NCBI GenBank assembly: GCA_016707895.1
Contig: JADJGV010000002.1
Span: 591,695-655,694 of the forward strand
Source of the DNA: Myxococcales bacterium
GTDB taxonomy: Bacteria > Myxococcota_A > Polyangia > Haliangiales > Haliangiaceae
Direction of reading: 5' to 3'
DNA length: 64,000 nucleotides
Position numbers and translations under genes: made by a program. Below the pieces are notes generated by a model, which was not told the DNA's origin, did not search any database, and saw only the letters and a list, made by a program, of their open reading frames with translations. Below, piece after piece: positions 17,509 to 29,327 of this stretch (positions within the stretch are counted from its first letter, which is position 1; every line of letters begins with the position of its first letter).

Positions 17509-18741
17509 TCACGCCACCGCGCCGACCGCGCGCAACGCCGACAGCAGCGCGACCCAGCGATCCTCGAGGTCGCCGGTGATGCCGATCGACATGCGCACCA
17601 GCCCGGGCCCGATGCCGGCGGCAGCCAGCGCCTCGTCGGTGAGCTCGCTCGAGGTCGAGCTGGCCGACGCCGACATCAGCGTCTCGGCGTAGCCCAGGCT
17701 GACCGCCATGAAGCCGAAGCGGTGCTGGTTCTGCAGGAGGTCCATGAAGCGGTTGGCGCGCTCGCGGCTGCCGAGATCGATCGTGCACAGCCCGCCGAAG
17801 CCCTGGCCCGGGTTGAGCTGCCGCTTCATCAGCGCGTGCTGCGGGTGCGCCGGCAGGCCGGGGTAGGTGACCGCGGCGCCGAGCTCGGCCATCCGCGCGC
17901 ACAGGATCATCGCGCGGCGCGAGTGCTCGGCGATGCGCAGCGGCAGGTGCGGCAGGCGCATCGACACCTCGAACGCCGAGCGGGCGTCCATCGTCGGCCC
18001 CAGCAGCATCAGCGTGCCGGTGTGCAGATCCATGAGCTGCCCGACGAACGCGGCCGAGCCCAGCACCGCGCCGGCGATCAGATCGGACGCGCCGTTGACG
18101 AACTTGGTCAGGCTGTGGACCACCACGTCGGCGCCGTGCAAGGCCGGCGTGATCATCACCGGGCAGAAGGTGTTGTCGACGACCAGCGCCGCGCCGTGGC
18201 GGTGGGCGATCGCCGCCAGCGCCGCCAGGTCGGCGACCTCGAGCGTCGGGTTCGACAGCGTCTCGGTGAACAGCACCTTGGTGCGCGGGGTGAACGCGGC
18301 CTCGACGGCGGCCAGGTCGGTGATCGGCACGAACGTCGTGCGGATCGCGGTCTTGGCCGGGAACAGCTCGGCGAACAGCGCGTGGCTGCCGCCGTAGATC
18401 GCCCGCGACGCGACGATGTGATCGCCGGTGTCGCACAGCTGCAGCACCGCGGCGGCGACCGCGGCGATGCCCGACGCGCAGCAGTAGCCGCTCTCGGTGG
18501 CCTCGAGCGCGGCCAGCTCGCGGCCCAGCGTGTAGACGGTGGGGTTGAAGTGCCGGCCGTAGAGGAAGCAGCCGTCGCGGTCGGCGGTGCGCCGGCCGGC
18601 GAAGATCTCCGGCATCGTGCCGGGATCGAGCACGGTGAACGTGGTCGAGGCCTCGATGCTCATGTTGACCCCGCCGTGCTCGCCGAACTCGTGCTTGGCG
18701 GCGGCCAGGGCGCGGACCGGATCAAAGGTGGTAGCGCTCAT
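17509..18741 (-). CDS. Cys/Met-metabolism PLP-dependent enzyme (methionine gamma-lyase / cystathionine gamma-synthase family)
   Basis: 410-aa tail of track ORF 17509..19158, with ATG at 18739-18741. VVHSLTKFVNGASD is the PLP-lysine motif S-x-T-K. Trans-sulfuration-family blocks occur throughout. Confidence 0.8.
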   Translation of the reverse strand: MSATTFDPVRALAAAKHEFGEHGGVNMSIEASTTFTVLDPGTMPEIFAGRRTADRDGCFLYGRHFNPTVYTLGRELAALEATESGYCCASGIAAVAAAVLQLCDTGDHIVASRAIYGGSHALFAELFPAKTAIRTTFVPITDLAAVEAAFTPRTKVLFTETLSNPTLEVADLAALAAIAHRHGAALVVDNTFCPVMITPALHGADVVVHSLTKFVNGASDLIAGAVLGSAAFVGQLMDLHTGTLMLLGPTMDARSAFEVSMRLPHLPLRIAEHSRRAMILCARMAELGAAVTYPGLPAHPQHALMKRQLNPGQGFGGLCTIDLGSRERANRFMDLLQNQHRFGFMAVSLGYAETLMSASASSTSSELTDEALAAAGIGPGLVRMSIGITGDLEDRWVALLSALRAVGAVA

Positions 18742-18756
18742 GGCTATCCGTATACG

Positions 18757-19326
18757 ATGCGGCTCATGGCGAAGGCAGCGAACAGAATGCGGAAGGAGCC
18801 GGTCCGGAGCCCGCTGGACCGCATCGATCGCGCCCTGGTGGCCGCGGTGCAGCAGGATGTTCGGCGATCCAACAAGGAGCTGGCCGCGCGGGTCGGGTTG
18901 TCGCCGTCGGCGTGCCTGGAGCGGATGCGGCGGCTGCGCGCCCGCGGCGTGATCCGCGGCGCCTGGGCCGAGGTCGACCCGCGGGCGCTGGGCATCGACC
19001 TCGAGGCGATGATCGCGGTGACGCTGCGCCAGCACGTCCGCGACGACGTCGAGTCGTTCCGCGCCCACGCGCTGGCCTTGCCCGAGGTGGTCGCGGTGCA
19101 CCACGTCGCCGGCCAGGTCGACTTCCTGGTCCAGGTCGCGGTCCGCGACAGCCGCCACCTGCGCGACCTGGCGCTCGACGAGTTCAGCGCCCGCGCCGAG
19201 GTCGCCCGCATCGAGACCTCGATCATCTTCGCGACCACCTGGTCGCCGCGGCTGCCCGACTACCTCGACCCCGAGCCCGCCGCCGCGCCGCCGCCGCGCC
19301 GCCGTCGCCGCACTCTGCCGGCCTGA
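18757..19326 (+). CDS. Lrp/AsnC-family transcriptional regulator
   Basis: Divergent from the PLP enzyme. LDRIDRALVAAVQQDVRRSNKELAARVGLSPSACLERMRRL is an HTH_AsnC motif. There is a C-terminal RAM domain. Alternative starts at 18766 or 18787. Confidence 0.7.
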   Translation: MRLMAKAANRMRKEPVRSPLDRIDRALVAAVQQDVRRSNKELAARVGLSPSACLERMRRLRARGVIRGAWAEVDPRALGIDLEAMIAVTLRQHVRDDVESFRAHALALPEVVAVHHVAGQVDFLVQVAVRDSRHLRDLALDEFSARAEVARIETSIIFATTWSPRLPDYLDPEPAAAPPPRRRRRTLPA

Positions 19327-19464
19327 GCGCGTGCGCGGCCCGCGGGGGTGACGCCGCTGGCGAAGACCGGACGCCGCGCTGCTGCTGCGTCGGCGGCGTC
19401 GCGTCGCGGTGCCGCAGCGCGGTCGCTAGGCGGCCGCGGGGGCGGGTGCTAGCGTGCCCGCGCC

Positions 19465-20331
19465 ATGGCCGCCCGTCTCTCTGGTCGTCTCGTCGTCGCC
19501 GTCGTCCTCACGATCGGCGTCGGCGTCGGTGCGCTCGGGTCGTGGTGGCTGGTCCGCTCGCGGCCGGTGCCCGGCGACTTCATCGACGCGGTCGCCACTC
19601 CCGATGGCGGCGCGGTGGTGATCCGCCACGAGCGCGGCAGCAAGAACGACTTCGTCGACGTCTACGGGCGCGATCGGCTGCGCTGGCGCGCGCTGATCCC
19701 GCGCTACGCCGGCGCGGTGGGGACGCCGGCGATCGCCGCCACCAGCAAGGTGGTGACGGTGCGGGTCGTGCGCGACGGCCACCCCAACGTGTTCGCGTTC
19801 GATATCGAGCACGGGCGCAAGCTGGCGTCGTTCGATCTGGCCGAGGGCGAGCCCGCCGATCCCGCCGTCTACACCAAGCCCGGGCTGGCCACGGTGATGG
19901 CCGGCGCGTGGTCGGTCGAGGTGCTGGCCCGCCCCGACGGCAGCGCCCGCCTGTACACGATGGCGCTCGACGAGCACCGCGTGGCGTGGAAGGCCGATCT
20001 GGCCAAGGCGCCGTCGGCGGTGTGGCTCGGTCAGGGCGGCCAGGTCCGCGCGCAGGTCGACCAGGTGGTCTACGCGTGGAACCTGCTGACCGGCGAAGGC
20101 GAGCAGCCCAAGCTGCTCGACGGGCCTCGCCAGACCATGGGCGACCCGGCGCGGGTGATCGCCGAGGGCTTCGAGTTCAACGGTGGCACCCGCGTCGTCG
20201 TGCCGGTGCCGCGCACCGCGGTCGCCCCGCAGCCGTACCACCTGGCCGGCGGCCGCGGCTGGATCATCGAGCCCGACAAGCTGTCGATCGTCGACGGCCC
20301 GCTGGGCGTGACCCGCACGATCCCGCGCTGA
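19465..20331 (+). CDS. membrane-anchored hypothetical protein
   Basis: N-terminal TM/signal LVVAVVLTIGVGVGALGSWWLV. 288 aa. Confidence 0.5.
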   Translation: MAARLSGRLVVAVVLTIGVGVGALGSWWLVRSRPVPGDFIDAVATPDGGAVVIRHERGSKNDFVDVYGRDRLRWRALIPRYAGAVGTPAIAATSKVVTVRVVRDGHPNVFAFDIEHGRKLASFDLAEGEPADPAVYTKPGLATVMAGAWSVEVLARPDGSARLYTMALDEHRVAWKADLAKAPSAVWLGQGGQVRAQVDQVVYAWNLLTGEGEQPKLLDGPRQTMGDPARVIAEGFEFNGGTRVVVPVPRTAVAPQPYHLAGGRGWIIEPDKLSIVDGPLGVTRTIPR

Positions 20332-20346
20332 GCCCGGGGGCCCCGC

Positions 20347-21039
20347 TCAGCCCGTGCGGACCGAGAAGTCGCGCGAGGTGACGACCAGGTTGTCGACCAG
20401 GTCGATCAGGAACGAGCGGCCGGTGCCGACCCGGCCGTCGAACGCCAGCAGGTACCAGACGTCGAGGGTCCAGCGGCCGTGCTGGGTCTCGCACGGCGGG
20501 GTCCACGACACCGCCTCCAGCTCGCCCAGGTACGACGGCCGGTTGATCGTCGACGCCACCAGCTTCTCGTAGTCGGCGCTCTTGGCCGCCAGCGCCACCG
20601 CCGCCGCCGCGTCGGAGGCGGCGATGGTCCGGCGCCAGGCCGAGGTCAGCCGGCAGCGGCCGATCGTGCCCGACGGCGACAGCTCGATCTCGTAGGCCTC
20701 GTCGGCCGCGAGCTGATCGAAGTCGGGGACGTCGAACTCTGGGTAGCGATCGCGCTCGGCGATCACCTCGAGGCGATCGTCGTAGGCCTCGAGCCCGGCC
20801 TCGAGCGTGTCGTCGGAGTAGTAGCCGAACACCCGCAGCGCCAGCGTCTGCGACGGCAGCTTGTGGTCCCAGTCGACGATCGTGATCGCCCCGGCGTACT
20901 CCTTGCGGAAGCAGGGCAGGGGCGGCAGCGCCACCGCCAGCTTGGCGGCCGCCGACTCGCCGCTGAATAGACCCTGGTACGCCACCCGCGGGTGGACGCG
21001 GATCTCTTCCGCGACGAGGGCCCGAAGATCAGATGACAC
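20347..21039 (-). CDS. hypothetical protein
   Basis: 230-aa acidic protein with native codon usage. The overlapping opposite-strand ORF has worse composition. Confidence 0.45.
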   Translation of the reverse strand: MSSDLRALVAEEIRVHPRVAYQGLFSGESAAAKLAVALPPLPCFRKEYAGAITIVDWDHKLPSQTLALRVFGYYSDDTLEAGLEAYDDRLEVIAERDRYPEFDVPDFDQLAADEAYEIELSPSGTIGRCRLTSAWRRTIAASDAAAAVALAAKSADYEKLVASTINRPSYLGELEAVSWTPPCETQHGRWTLDVWYLLAFDGRVGTGRSFLIDLVDNLVVTSRDFSVRTG

Positions 21040-21239
21040 GGCGGCTTACACATACTACACGGGCGGGCGCCGCGCCGCGACCGGCGCCGCCTGAACCCGC
21101 CCCAGCTACCCCCGACCTCACGCAAGCGGGGCCGGTCCCGGCGACGTGGCGCCGCGTGGGCCTCATAACTAGCCATAAGTCGCCCTGATGGTGGCGGGAT
21201 GGCGAGCCATGGCAGGTCGGCCCTGTCGGCCCCCGCCGT

Positions 21240-21872
21240 TCAGGCCGGCGCGACCGCGGCGCCCAGGCGCGCGATCAGCTCGGCCACCTGGGCGCCGGCC
21301 AGCTTCATCGCCGCCGGGTTGACCACCAGCCGGCTCGACACCTCGCACACCGTGTCGATGATCGTCAGCCCGTTCTGGCGCAGCGTCTCGCCGGTCTGGG
21401 TGATGTCGACGATGCGGTCGCACAGGCCGGTCAGCGGCCCCAGCTCGATCGCGCCCGACAGCTTGATCACCTCGGCGGTCAGGCCCTTCCGCTGCAGGTA
21501 GTCCTTGGTGATCCGCGGGTACTTCGTCGCGTAGCGGATGTGCATCGCGCCGCGCTCGCGCCGCGCCGCCTCGGGCTCGGCGACGATCATCGTGCAGCGG
21601 CCGACCCGCAGGTCGAGCGGCTCGTACAGGTCGCGGCCCTCCTCGTCGATCACGTCGGAGCCGGCCACGCCCAGGTCGGCGGCGCCGTGGGCGACGTAGG
21701 TCGGCACGTCGGAGTTGCGCACCACCAGCACCCGCACCGGGCCGCAGTCGTGCATCAGCCGGCGGCTGTCGCCCAGGGCCGGGCTGAGGTCGTAGCCGGC
21801 GCGCGCGAAGATCGCGGCGACGTCCTCGAGGATGCGGCCCTTGGGCAGGGCCAGCCGCAGCGGCGCGCTCAC
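21240..21872 (-). CDS. hisG: ATP phosphoribosyltransferase (short form)
   Basis: 210-aa tail of track ORF 21240..23132, with a GTG start. [13 protein letters not shown] is the HisG N-terminus. DLRVGRCTM…[15 protein letters not shown]. Its start overlaps the murA stop (GTGA). Confidence 0.8.
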   Translation of the reverse strand: MSAPLRLALPKGRILEDVAAIFARAGYDLSPALGDSRRLMHDCGPVRVLVVRNSDVPTYVAHGAADLGVAGSDVIDEEGRDLYEPLDLRVGRCTMIVAEPEAARRERGAMHIRYATKYPRITKDYLQRKGLTAEVIKLSGAIELGPLTGLCDRIVDITQTGETLRQNGLTIIDTVCEVSSRLVVNPAAMKLAGAQVAELIARLGAAVAPA

Positions 21873-23125
21873 GCCTTCACTCGCTTGACCTTGGCGCCGA
21901 CGCCGCGCAGCTTCTTCTCGATCGTCTCGTAGCCGCGGTCGAGGTGGTAGACCCGCAGCACCTCGGTCTTGCCGCTGGCGACCAGCCCGGCCAGCACCAG
22001 CGACGCCGACGCGCGCAGGTCGGTGGCCATCACCGCCGCGCCCGACAGCTTGGTGCCGCCGCGGATGATCGCGGTGCGGCCGTCGACGTGGATGTCGGCG
22101 CCCATGCGGCTGAGCTCCGGCACGTGCATGTAGCGGTTCTCGAAGATCATCTCCCGGATCATGCTCTGGCCCTTGGCCTGGGTGGCCAGCACCATGAACT
22201 GCGCCTGCATGTCGGTGGGGAAGCCGGGGTGGGGCTGGGTGGTGATGTCGATCGGCAGGATGTCGCCGCCGCCGCGCACCCGCACCCCGCCGGCCTCGAC
22301 GGTGACGGTCGAGCCGGCCGCGCGCAGCTTGGCGATGATCGCGTCCATGTGCTCGGCCCGCGCGCCCTGCAGGAGCACGTCGCCGCGGGTCAGCGCCGCG
22401 GCGATCGCGAAGGTGCCGGCCTCGATGCGGTCGGGGATGATCGTGTGCTCGATCGGCTGCAGCTCGTCGACGCCCTCGATCGTGATGATCGCGGTGCCGG
22501 CGCCGGTGACCTTGGCGCCCATCTTGTTGAGCACCAGGCCCAGGTCCTCGACCTCGGGCTCGCGCGCGGCGTTCTCGATGACGGTGCGGCCCTTGGCCAG
22601 CGCCGCCGCCATCATCAGGTTCTCGCAGCCGGTGACCGTCGGCATGTCGAGCACGATCGTCGCGCCCTTGAGCCGCTTGCACTCGACGTCGACGTAGCCG
22701 TGGTCGAGGTGGATCTTGGCGCCCATCGCCGCCAGGCCCTTGAGGTGCTGATCGATCGGGCGGGTGCCGATCGCGCAGCCGCCGGGCTGCGACACCCGGG
22801 CCCGGCCGTAGCGCGCGACCAGCGGGCCGAGCACGACGATCGACGCGCGCATCGTCTTGACCAGCTCGTAGGGCGCCTCGAGCTTGGCCTTCTTCGCCGT
22901 CGGCGGGTGGATGACCATCGTGTGCTTGCCGTCCACCTCGCAGCCGAGCTGGCGCAAGAGCTTGCCCATCGTGGCCACGTCCTGGAGCAGCGGGACGTTC
23001 TTGAACGTGCTGGGCCCGTTGGGCAACAGCGCCGAGGCCAAGAGCGGCAGCGCGGCGTTCTTGGCGCCGCCGATGGGGATGTCTCCAACCAGGCGGCTGC
23101 CGCCTTCGACGACGATCTTGTCCAT
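21869..23125 (-). CDS. murA: UDP-N-acetylglucosamine 1-carboxyvinyltransferase
   Basis: Track ORF starting [28 protein letters not shown]… Full-length MurA/EPT family with the active-site Cys in the [10 protein letters not shown] loop. Confidence 0.9.
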   Translation of the reverse strand: MDKIVVEGGSRLVGDIPIGGAKNAALPLLASALLPNGPSTFKNVPLLQDVATMGKLLRQLGCEVDGKHTMVIHPPTAKKAKLEAPYELVKTMRASIVVLGPLVARYGRARVSQPGGCAIGTRPIDQHLKGLAAMGAKIHLDHGYVDVECKRLKGATIVLDMPTVTGCENLMMAAALAKGRTVIENAAREPEVEDLGLVLNKMGAKVTGAGTAIITIEGVDELQPIEHTIIPDRIEAGTFAIAAALTRGDVLLQGARAEHMDAIIAKLRAAGSTVTVEAGGVRVRGGGDILPIDITTQPHPGFPTDMQAQFMVLATQAKGQSMIREMIFENRYMHVPELSRMGADIHVDGRTAIIRGGTKLSGAAVMATDLRASASLVLAGLVASGKTEVLRVYHLDRGYETIEKKLRGVGAKVKRVKA

Positions 23126-23196
23126 GGGTCACGACCTGGGTAGCACGATTTCCCCCGGCAGAACGCGCCGGGCGGCGCGGGCATTCGCCGGCCGCG

Positions 23197-25269
23197 TCAG
23201 CCGCCGCGAGCGAGGTAGGCGACCAGCGAATCGGCCTCGCCGCGGTGGTTGAGCCGGCCCGCCGCGTCGCGCATCAGCGCCGCGCCGTCGGGCGAGTCGG
23301 CGATGGTCACGAACCGCGCGCAGGTCTCGCCGTCGAACAGGCCGTGGGTGTCGGCGTCCTCGAGCGCGGTCATCAGCGCCTCGTGCAGCATGTCGGCGAA
23401 GTCGCCGGCGCGGTCGCGGTGGGCCCGGGCCTGGCTGGCGGCCAGCGCCGCCACCCCCTCGAACTCTTCGAGCGCGACGTCGCGGCTCCAGCCGTCGACG
23501 GCCCAGCGCGCGCGGTCGACGGCGCGGCGATCGCGCGCGGCCAGCGCGCCCAGGCGGGCCTCGCGCTCGGCGATCGTCGAGGCCGCCGCGCGGACGGTGG
23601 CGCCGGCGGCGTCGGTGATCAGCGCCACCGCGTCGAGCGGGCCGGGGTGGGCGGCGCGGAACCGCGGCAGCCACGCCCGCAGCGCCGCGCTGGCCTGGTC
23701 GATCAGCTCGTCGTGCAGCTCGGGCAGCGGCTTGACCACGGTGGCGATGACCACCGCCTCGGGCGTCACCGCCGCGACCTGCACCTCGTCGCCCAGCCGG
23801 CACACCGTCGTGCCGTCCTTGCGCGCCAGCCGGGCGCCGTCGTCGACGACGGTCAGCCACGCGCCGCGCTCGAGCTTGCCCTGCTCGATCAGCGGCACCC
23901 GCACGTCGAGCGGCGGATCGTCGAGGACGACGTGGATGCGGCCGGGCGCGAAGCCGACGATCGTGCCGGTGTGGCGGACCCGGCGGTCGAACGGCGGCCC
24001 CAGCTCGGGGCCCAGCACCGCCGCGAGCACGCGGGCGTCGATGTCGCGGTTCAGCGCGCGCTGCTGATCCTTGGAGCGGTTGCCGGCCTCGATCACCTGG
24101 GCCCGCACCGCCTCGTCCTCGGCGCGCGACCGCGGCGACTTGCCCAGCATCCGGTCGATGGCCTGGGCGTGGCACTGGATGCCGACGATCTCGCGCATCG
24201 GCGCCGTGAACCGCGAGTAGATCTGCTCGCCGACGCCGAAGTGCGCGCGCGGCTCGGCCGCGAACACCGAGCGGCCGTTGAGCAGCATCGCCTGGCGGTG
24301 CAGCGCGCGGGCCAGCCGGCCGCCGGGGCCGGTGATGGGCAGGTGTTGCAGGTAGCCGGCCATGCCCTGATCGGCGGCGCGGCGGTACAGCCACGGATCG
24401 TCGGGCAGGCCGCGCTGGCGCGCCACCTGGCCGACCAGCCGCTCGAAGCCGGCGATGCGGTCGGCCTCGGGCGGCTCGTGGACGCGGAAGATCGGCTGCA
24501 CCAGCTCGGGCGGGCCGCCCTGCAGGAAGCGGCCGCCGAGCGCGTTGCACAGGATGCTGATCTGCTCGTTGGCCAGCTCGATCGCGGTGCGCGGCGCGCT
24601 CGAGATCACCAGCTGGCCGGCGGCGTCGAGGCGCACCGTGGTCTCGGGGCGCAGGTAGCGCACCATCTGGGCGCGGTCCTCGTGCTTGCAGCGCAGCTCG
24701 CCCAGCGCGGCGATCGCCAGGAGGCTCGGGCCGATCGCGCGCGGGCCCGGCACCTTGGCCTTGCCGTCGACGAACGCCTGGACGCCCTCGAAGGTGAGCT
24801 TGCCGCGGCTGCGCACGCGGGCCCGCTCGAGCCCGAACTTGGTGACCGTGCCGCGGCCGTCGAACTCGACGTCGAAGATCAGCGCGCGGCGATCGACGTC
24901 GGGGCCGATCGACACCAGGCCCTCGGACAGCGCCCGCGGCAGCATCGGCACCGACAGCCCCGGCAGGTAGTAGCTGGCGCCGCGGCGCAGCGCCTCGGCG
25001 TGGAGCGCGGTGCCGGGCCGCACGTAGTACGACGCGTCGGCGATCGCGTAGCGCAGCCGGAAGCCGCCGGCGCGGGCCTCGACGTGGATCGCCTGATCCA
25101 GGTCGCGGGTGCCGGGGCCGTCGATCGTGACGAACGGCAGCGCGGTGCGGTCGACCAGCGCCGGGTCGTCGAGCCCGGGCGCCTTCAGGTACGCCTCGAC
25201 CTCGGCCTCGACCGCCGGCGGATACTCCAGCGTGAACCCGTGGGCGGCGGCCAGATCCTCGAATGACAT
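23197..25269 (-). CDS. RNB-domain 3'-5' exoribonuclease (RNase II/R family)
   Basis: [18 protein letters not shown] is the RNB catalytic-aspartate cluster. 690 aa. Confidence 0.7.
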   Translation of the reverse strand: MSFEDLAAAHGFTLEYPPAVEAEVEAYLKAPGLDDPALVDRTALPFVTIDGPGTRDLDQAIHVEARAGGFRLRYAIADASYYVRPGTALHAEALRRGASYYLPGLSVPMLPRALSEGLVSIGPDVDRRALIFDVEFDGRGTVTKFGLERARVRSRGKLTFEGVQAFVDGKAKVPGPRAIGPSLLAIAALGELRCKHEDRAQMVRYLRPETTVRLDAAGQLVISSAPRTAIELANEQISILCNALGGRFLQGGPPELVQPIFRVHEPPEADRIAGFERLVGQVARQRGLPDDPWLYRRAADQGMAGYLQHLPITGPGGRLARALHRQAMLLNGRSVFAAEPRAHFGVGEQIYSRFTAPMREIVGIQCHAQAIDRMLGKSPRSRAEDEAVRAQVIEAGNRSKDQQRALNRDIDARVLAAVLGPELGPPFDRRVRHTGTIVGFAPGRIHVVLDDPPLDVRVPLIEQGKLERGAWLTVVDDGARLARKDGTTVCRLGDEVQVAAVTPEAVVIATVVKPLPELHDELIDQASAALRAWLPRFRAAHPGPLDAVALITDAAGATVRAAASTIAEREARLGALAARDRRAVDRARWAVDGWSRDVALEEFEGVAALAASQARAHRDRAGDFADMLHEALMTALEDADTHGLFDGETCARFVTIADSPDGAALMRDAAGRLNHRGEADSLVAYLARGG

Positions 25270-25337
25270 GGCCGCACCTTAGGGCCAGGGAATGGGGAAG
25301 TCGAACGTTCTCGCGGCCGATGCATCCCCGCCGGCGG

Positions 25338-26372
25338 CTACCGATGGTTGGCGACCGTCGGCACCGCGACGCCGCCGGTGGCCTGCAGCGCGATCGCCTC
25401 GGGGTGGGCCTGGTAGTGGCGGCGCACCGCGGCCGCCAGCGCCAGCTTCGCCGCGTCGGTGACCGGCGCCGGCGACGCGTCGGGCAGCGCGTCGACCAGC
25501 GCGTCGACCAGCCGCTCCTGCGGCGCCGGCACCCGGTCGCGCCACGACGCCAAGAGCGCGCGATCGACGTGGCTGGGCAGCGAGCCGAGGATGCCGACGT
25601 CGTTCTGATCGTGGATCAACAGCCCCGACGTGGTGCCGCGATCCAGCGTCAGCACCTGGAACAGGTACAGCGTGTGGTACGCGAGCTGCGCCGCGCGATC
25701 GGCGGCGGTGATCGGCGTGGCCCGGGCCAGCGCCGCGCCCAGCAGCCGCGCGTAGGTCGTGGTCGCCGCGGCCCCGACCCGCTCGGCCAGCGCCAGGTCG
25801 GCGGCGGGGTCGGCGGTGGCGTGGTCCTCGAGGTAGAGGTGGGTCACGCCGCGGTGGCGGCCCAGCGCCGGGATGAAGAAGTAGCGGTCGCCCTGGGCCT
25901 GCGCCTCGTCGTACAGATCGCCGGCGGCCTCGCGCAGCGCCGCGGCGAAGCCGGCCGTGTCGTCGGGGTTGGCGATCGCCGGGTTGAGGTCGGCCATGAT
26001 CCGCCAGTAGGCGCGGCCGCTGCGCAGCTCGGTCCAGCTGACGTGGATGTGCACCGACGGCGCGTGCGGCGACCGCGGGTGGATGATCGTCGACAGCGCC
26101 GTGGCCGAGGCCAGCGCCCGGGCCGGCTCGTCGTCGTAGTGCACCTGCGAGACGTTGATCGACGCGCGGTCGATCGCCGCGACGTCGCCGGTGCCGAGCC
26201 GGGTGCCGCCGCCGTGGCGGCCCTCGTCGCGCACCCAGCTGACCGGCGCGAAGGTCGCCGGCTGGCCGGCGGCGGCGGTGGCGGCCTCCAGCGCGGCGGC
26301 GAACCCGCGCTGCAGGCGCTCGACCAGGGACAGCGCGCGGGCGGCGCCAGGCGACGCGGCGAAGTTCATCAC
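25338..26372 (-). CDS. hemF: oxygen-dependent coproporphyrinogen III oxidase-like
   Basis: WVRDEGRHGGGTRLG…RASINVSQVHYDD and later blocks are consistent with the HemF family. The assignment is from memory of motifs. Confidence 0.55.
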   Translation of the reverse strand: MMNFAASPGAARALSLVERLQRGFAAALEAATAAAGQPATFAPVSWVRDEGRHGGGTRLGTGDVAAIDRASINVSQVHYDDEPARALASATALSTIIHPRSPHAPSVHIHVSWTELRSGRAYWRIMADLNPAIANPDDTAGFAAALREAAGDLYDEAQAQGDRYFFIPALGRHRGVTHLYLEDHATADPAADLALAERVGAAATTTYARLLGAALARATPITAADRAAQLAYHTLYLFQVLTLDRGTTSGLLIHDQNDVGILGSLPSHVDRALLASWRDRVPAPQERLVDALVDALPDASPAPVTDAAKLALAAAVRRHYQAHPEAIALQATGGVAVPTVANHR

Positions 26373-26388
26373 CGCGCGACGATAGCAG

Positions 26389-29250
26389 CTACTTCGCCGG
26401 CAAGAGCGTGCCCGACAGGTAGCGCTTCTTGGCCAGGAAGCGGGCGGCGGCGGCCTTGAGGTTGTCGTTGGTGACCCGCTCGGCGGCCTCGTCGTGGCTG
26501 AGCGCCTCGTGCGGGTCGTCGCCGAACTGCGCGGCGTCGCCCAGCAGGTTCAGCCAGTAGCGGTTGTCCTCGAGCTCCAGCTCGTGGCTGCGGCGGCGGG
26601 TCTCCTTGACCTTGTCGAGGTAGCTCGGGTCGACGCCGTCCTTCTGCATGCGGGCGATCTCGGCCAGCGCCGCGTCGCGCAGCTTGGCGACGTTCTCGGG
26701 CGCGCAGCCGAAGCGGATCACGAACTGCCGCCGCTGCACCGGCGCGCGCTGCATCCAGCCGTAGACGCCGACGCCGTAGACCCCGCCCATGTCCTCGCGC
26801 AGGATCTCGCGCAGGCGCATCTCCAGCACCGCGGCCAGGATGCCGACGTCGCGCTCGCCGTCCTCGCTCCAGGTGTCCTCGTCGTGGAACACCAGCTGCA
26901 CCGCGGCCTTGGGCTCCTGGCCCTGCTTGACGACCTTCTTGACGACGCCCTTGGGCGGCTTCACGCCGATGCTCTTCCAGGTCTCCTTGCGGGCGGTGGC
27001 CGGCAGGCTGCCGAGGTAGGTCTCGACCAGCGGCTTGAGCGTCGCCAGGTCGAGGTTGCCGACGATCGTGAAGGTCCAGTCGCCGGCGTCGCCGAAGCGC
27101 TCGCGGTAGGTGGCCAGCGCCGCGTCGAGATCGACCGCGCGGATGTCGGCGGCGGTGACCGGCTTGCGCCGCTTGTGGCCGCCCGACAGCGCGGTCGTGA
27201 CCGCGTCGTTCATCGCGATCTCGGGCGTCACGTCGCGGCGCTCGAGCTGCTCGACGCGGCCGCGCTGCCACGCGGCGAACGCGTCGGCGTCCTTGCGCGG
27301 CGCGCTCAGGCGCAGGTGGATGAGCTGCAACAGCGAGGGCAGCTCGGTGGACGCGGCCTGGCCCTGCACGCCCTCGCTGACCTCGGCCAGCCACGGCCAC
27401 ACCATCACGCCCTTGTCGGCCAGCAGGCGCTCGAGCTGATCGCTCGACAGCGCGCCGACGCCGCCACTCTGCACCGCCTCGACCGCGAAGCGCGCGCTGC
27501 CGAACCGCTGGTCGTCGATCTGCGCGGTGCCGCCCGGGCTCTCGCCGGCGACGTAGACCCGCTGGTTCTCGAAGCTGGTCGGCCGCACGATCACGTGGAC
27601 CCCGTTGGCCAGGGTCCAGCGGGTCACGCCGAGATCGTCGGCCGGGGTCTCGGCCACCACCTTGCCCGGCGTCGGCGCCTGCGCCATCAGCGCGGTGGGC
27701 AGCTCGGCCTCGGTCCACGGCTCGAGCGCGCGGGCGTCGACCGCGGCCACCAGCGCCTCGACCTCGGCCGCGGTGGGGAGGCCCTTGGCCTTGGCCGGCG
27801 CGCTGATCGTGATCGCGCGGGTGGCGCCGCCCTGCCACGCGTCGGCGAGGTGGTTGACCTCGTCGAGGGTGACCTGCGGCGCGTAGGTGCGGGCCAGCTC
27901 GTCCTCGGCCACCCGGCCGATCACCAGCTCGTGCTCGAAGAAGTGGCGGGTCAGCTCGTCGGCGTACTCGTAGGCCTCCTGCTGATCCCACTCGACGGCG
28001 CTGTCGTGGGTGCCCTTCAGGTACGCCTTCTTGGCGCGCTCGAGCTCGGGGGCGGTGAAGCCGTGGCGCTGCACCCGCGCCACCTCGGTGAGCAGCGCGT
28101 CGACGGTGTCGGCGATGCGGCCGTCCTTGGCCATCGCGAACCGCGAGAACGCCTCGAACTCGCGGGTCTCGTCGCCGGTCGACGAGAACGCCATCACGAA
28201 CGGCGCGTCGGGCTTGCGGCCGAGCGTGGTCAGCCGGGCGCCGAGCATCCGGTGGTACAGGCTGTCGAGCACGAACTTGCGGTAGTCCGAGGCGGAGGCC
28301 TCGCGCCGGTGCGGGAACAGATCCTGGATCGACACCGTGGCCTGCCGCAGCTCGGGGTCGGTGTCGATCGCGATCTTGGCGCCGCGATCGAGCGCGCCGC
28401 CGCCCGGGCGGGGCCGCGCGCCGGCCGGGTTGGTGAGGTCGCCGAAGCGATCGCCGATGGCCTTGGTGATCGCGGCGGGGTCGACGTCGCCGACGACGAT
28501 CACCGCCATCAGGTCGGGGCGGTACCAGTCCTTGTAGAAGCGCTGCGCGACGTCGCGCGGCGCGCCCTTGATGATCTCGGGCTTGCCGATCGGCAGCCGC
28601 TGCGCGTAGCGGGTGCCGCCGTAGATGATCGGCGCCTGCTGCTGGAAGATGCGCATCTCGGCGCCGCGGCCCAGCCGCCACTCCTCGAGGACGACGCCGC
28701 GCTCCTTGTCGACCTCGACCGGATCGAAGCTGATGTTGCCGGCCCACTCGCGCAGGATGTCGAGGCCGGTGGCGACGAACTGCGGGTCGTCGGTCGGCAC
28801 CTGCAGCTGGTAGACGGTCTGATCCCACGACGTGTACGCGTTGACGTCGGGGCCGAACTCCATGCCGATCTTCTCGAGGTAGTCGATGATCGCCTGCTTG
28901 GGGTACTTGGCGGTGCCGTTGAACGCCATGTGCTCGACGAAGTGGGCCAGGCCCTGCTGGTCGTCGTCCTCTTGCAGCGAGCCGGCGTTGACCGCCAGCC
29001 ACATCGCGGCGCGATCCTCGGGCTGGTGGTGGGGCAGGACGTAGTAGGTGAGGCCGTTGGCCAGCGTGCCGCGCTGCACCTGCGGCCACAGCGGCAGCGG
29101 CTGCTCGGCGTCGGCGGCCGGCGTGGCGTCGCCGCCGGTGGGCGGTGGGTCGACGGTGGCGTGGTCGTCGGTGGGCGGCGCGGGGGGCTTCGGCGGGCTG
29201 CCGCAGGCGAGGGCGGCCAGGATCGGCAGCAGGCGGAGGTGGGATCGCAT
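26389..29250 (-). CDS. M16-family zinc peptidase (pitrilysin/insulinase-like), secreted
   Basis: Signal plus lipobox ALACGSP. Inverted zincin motif GLAHFVEHMAFNGT (HxxEH). 953 aa with two M16 halves. Confidence 0.8.
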   Translation of the reverse strand: MRSHLRLLPILAALACGSPPKPPAPPTDDHATVDPPPTGGDATPAADAEQPLPLWPQVQRGTLANGLTYYVLPHHQPEDRAAMWLAVNAGSLQEDDDQQGLAHFVEHMAFNGTAKYPKQAIIDYLEKIGMEFGPDVNAYTSWDQTVYQLQVPTDDPQFVATGLDILREWAGNISFDPVEVDKERGVVLEEWRLGRGAEMRIFQQQAPIIYGGTRYAQRLPIGKPEIIKGAPRDVAQRFYKDWYRPDLMAVIVVGDVDPAAITKAIGDRFGDLTNPAGARPRPGGGALDRGAKIAIDTDPELRQATVSIQDLFPHRREASASDYRKFVLDSLYHRMLGARLTTLGRKPDAPFVMAFSSTGDETREFEAFSRFAMAKDGRIADTVDALLTEVARVQRHGFTAPELERAKKAYLKGTHDSAVEWDQQEAYEYADELTRHFFEHELVIGRVAEDELARTYAPQVTLDEVNHLADAWQGGATRAITISAPAKAKGLPTAAEVEALVAAVDARALEPWTEAELPTALMAQAPTPGKVVAETPADDLGVTRWTLANGVHVIVRPTSFENQRVYVAGESPGGTAQIDDQRFGSARFAVEAVQSGGVGALSSDQLERLLADKGVMVWPWLAEVSEGVQGQAASTELPSLLQLIHLRLSAPRKDADAFAAWQRGRVEQLERRDVTPEIAMNDAVTTALSGGHKRRKPVTAADIRAVDLDAALATYRERFGDAGDWTFTIVGNLDLATLKPLVETYLGSLPATARKETWKSIGVKPPKGVVKKVVKQGQEPKAAVQLVFHDEDTWSEDGERDVGILAAVLEMRLREILREDMGGVYGVGVYGWMQRAPVQRRQFVIRFGCAPENVAKLRDAALAEIARMQKDGVDPSYLDKVKETRRRSHELELEDNRYWLNLLGDAAQFGDDPHEALSHDEAAERVTNDNLKAAAARFLAKKRYLSGTLLPAK

Positions 29251-29327
29251 GAGGGCTCGGATGCTAGCCGAGGGGTGGAGTTGCAGGAATCACCCCGAAT
29301 GGAGGGGTCTGGCGTAAACTGGCAACG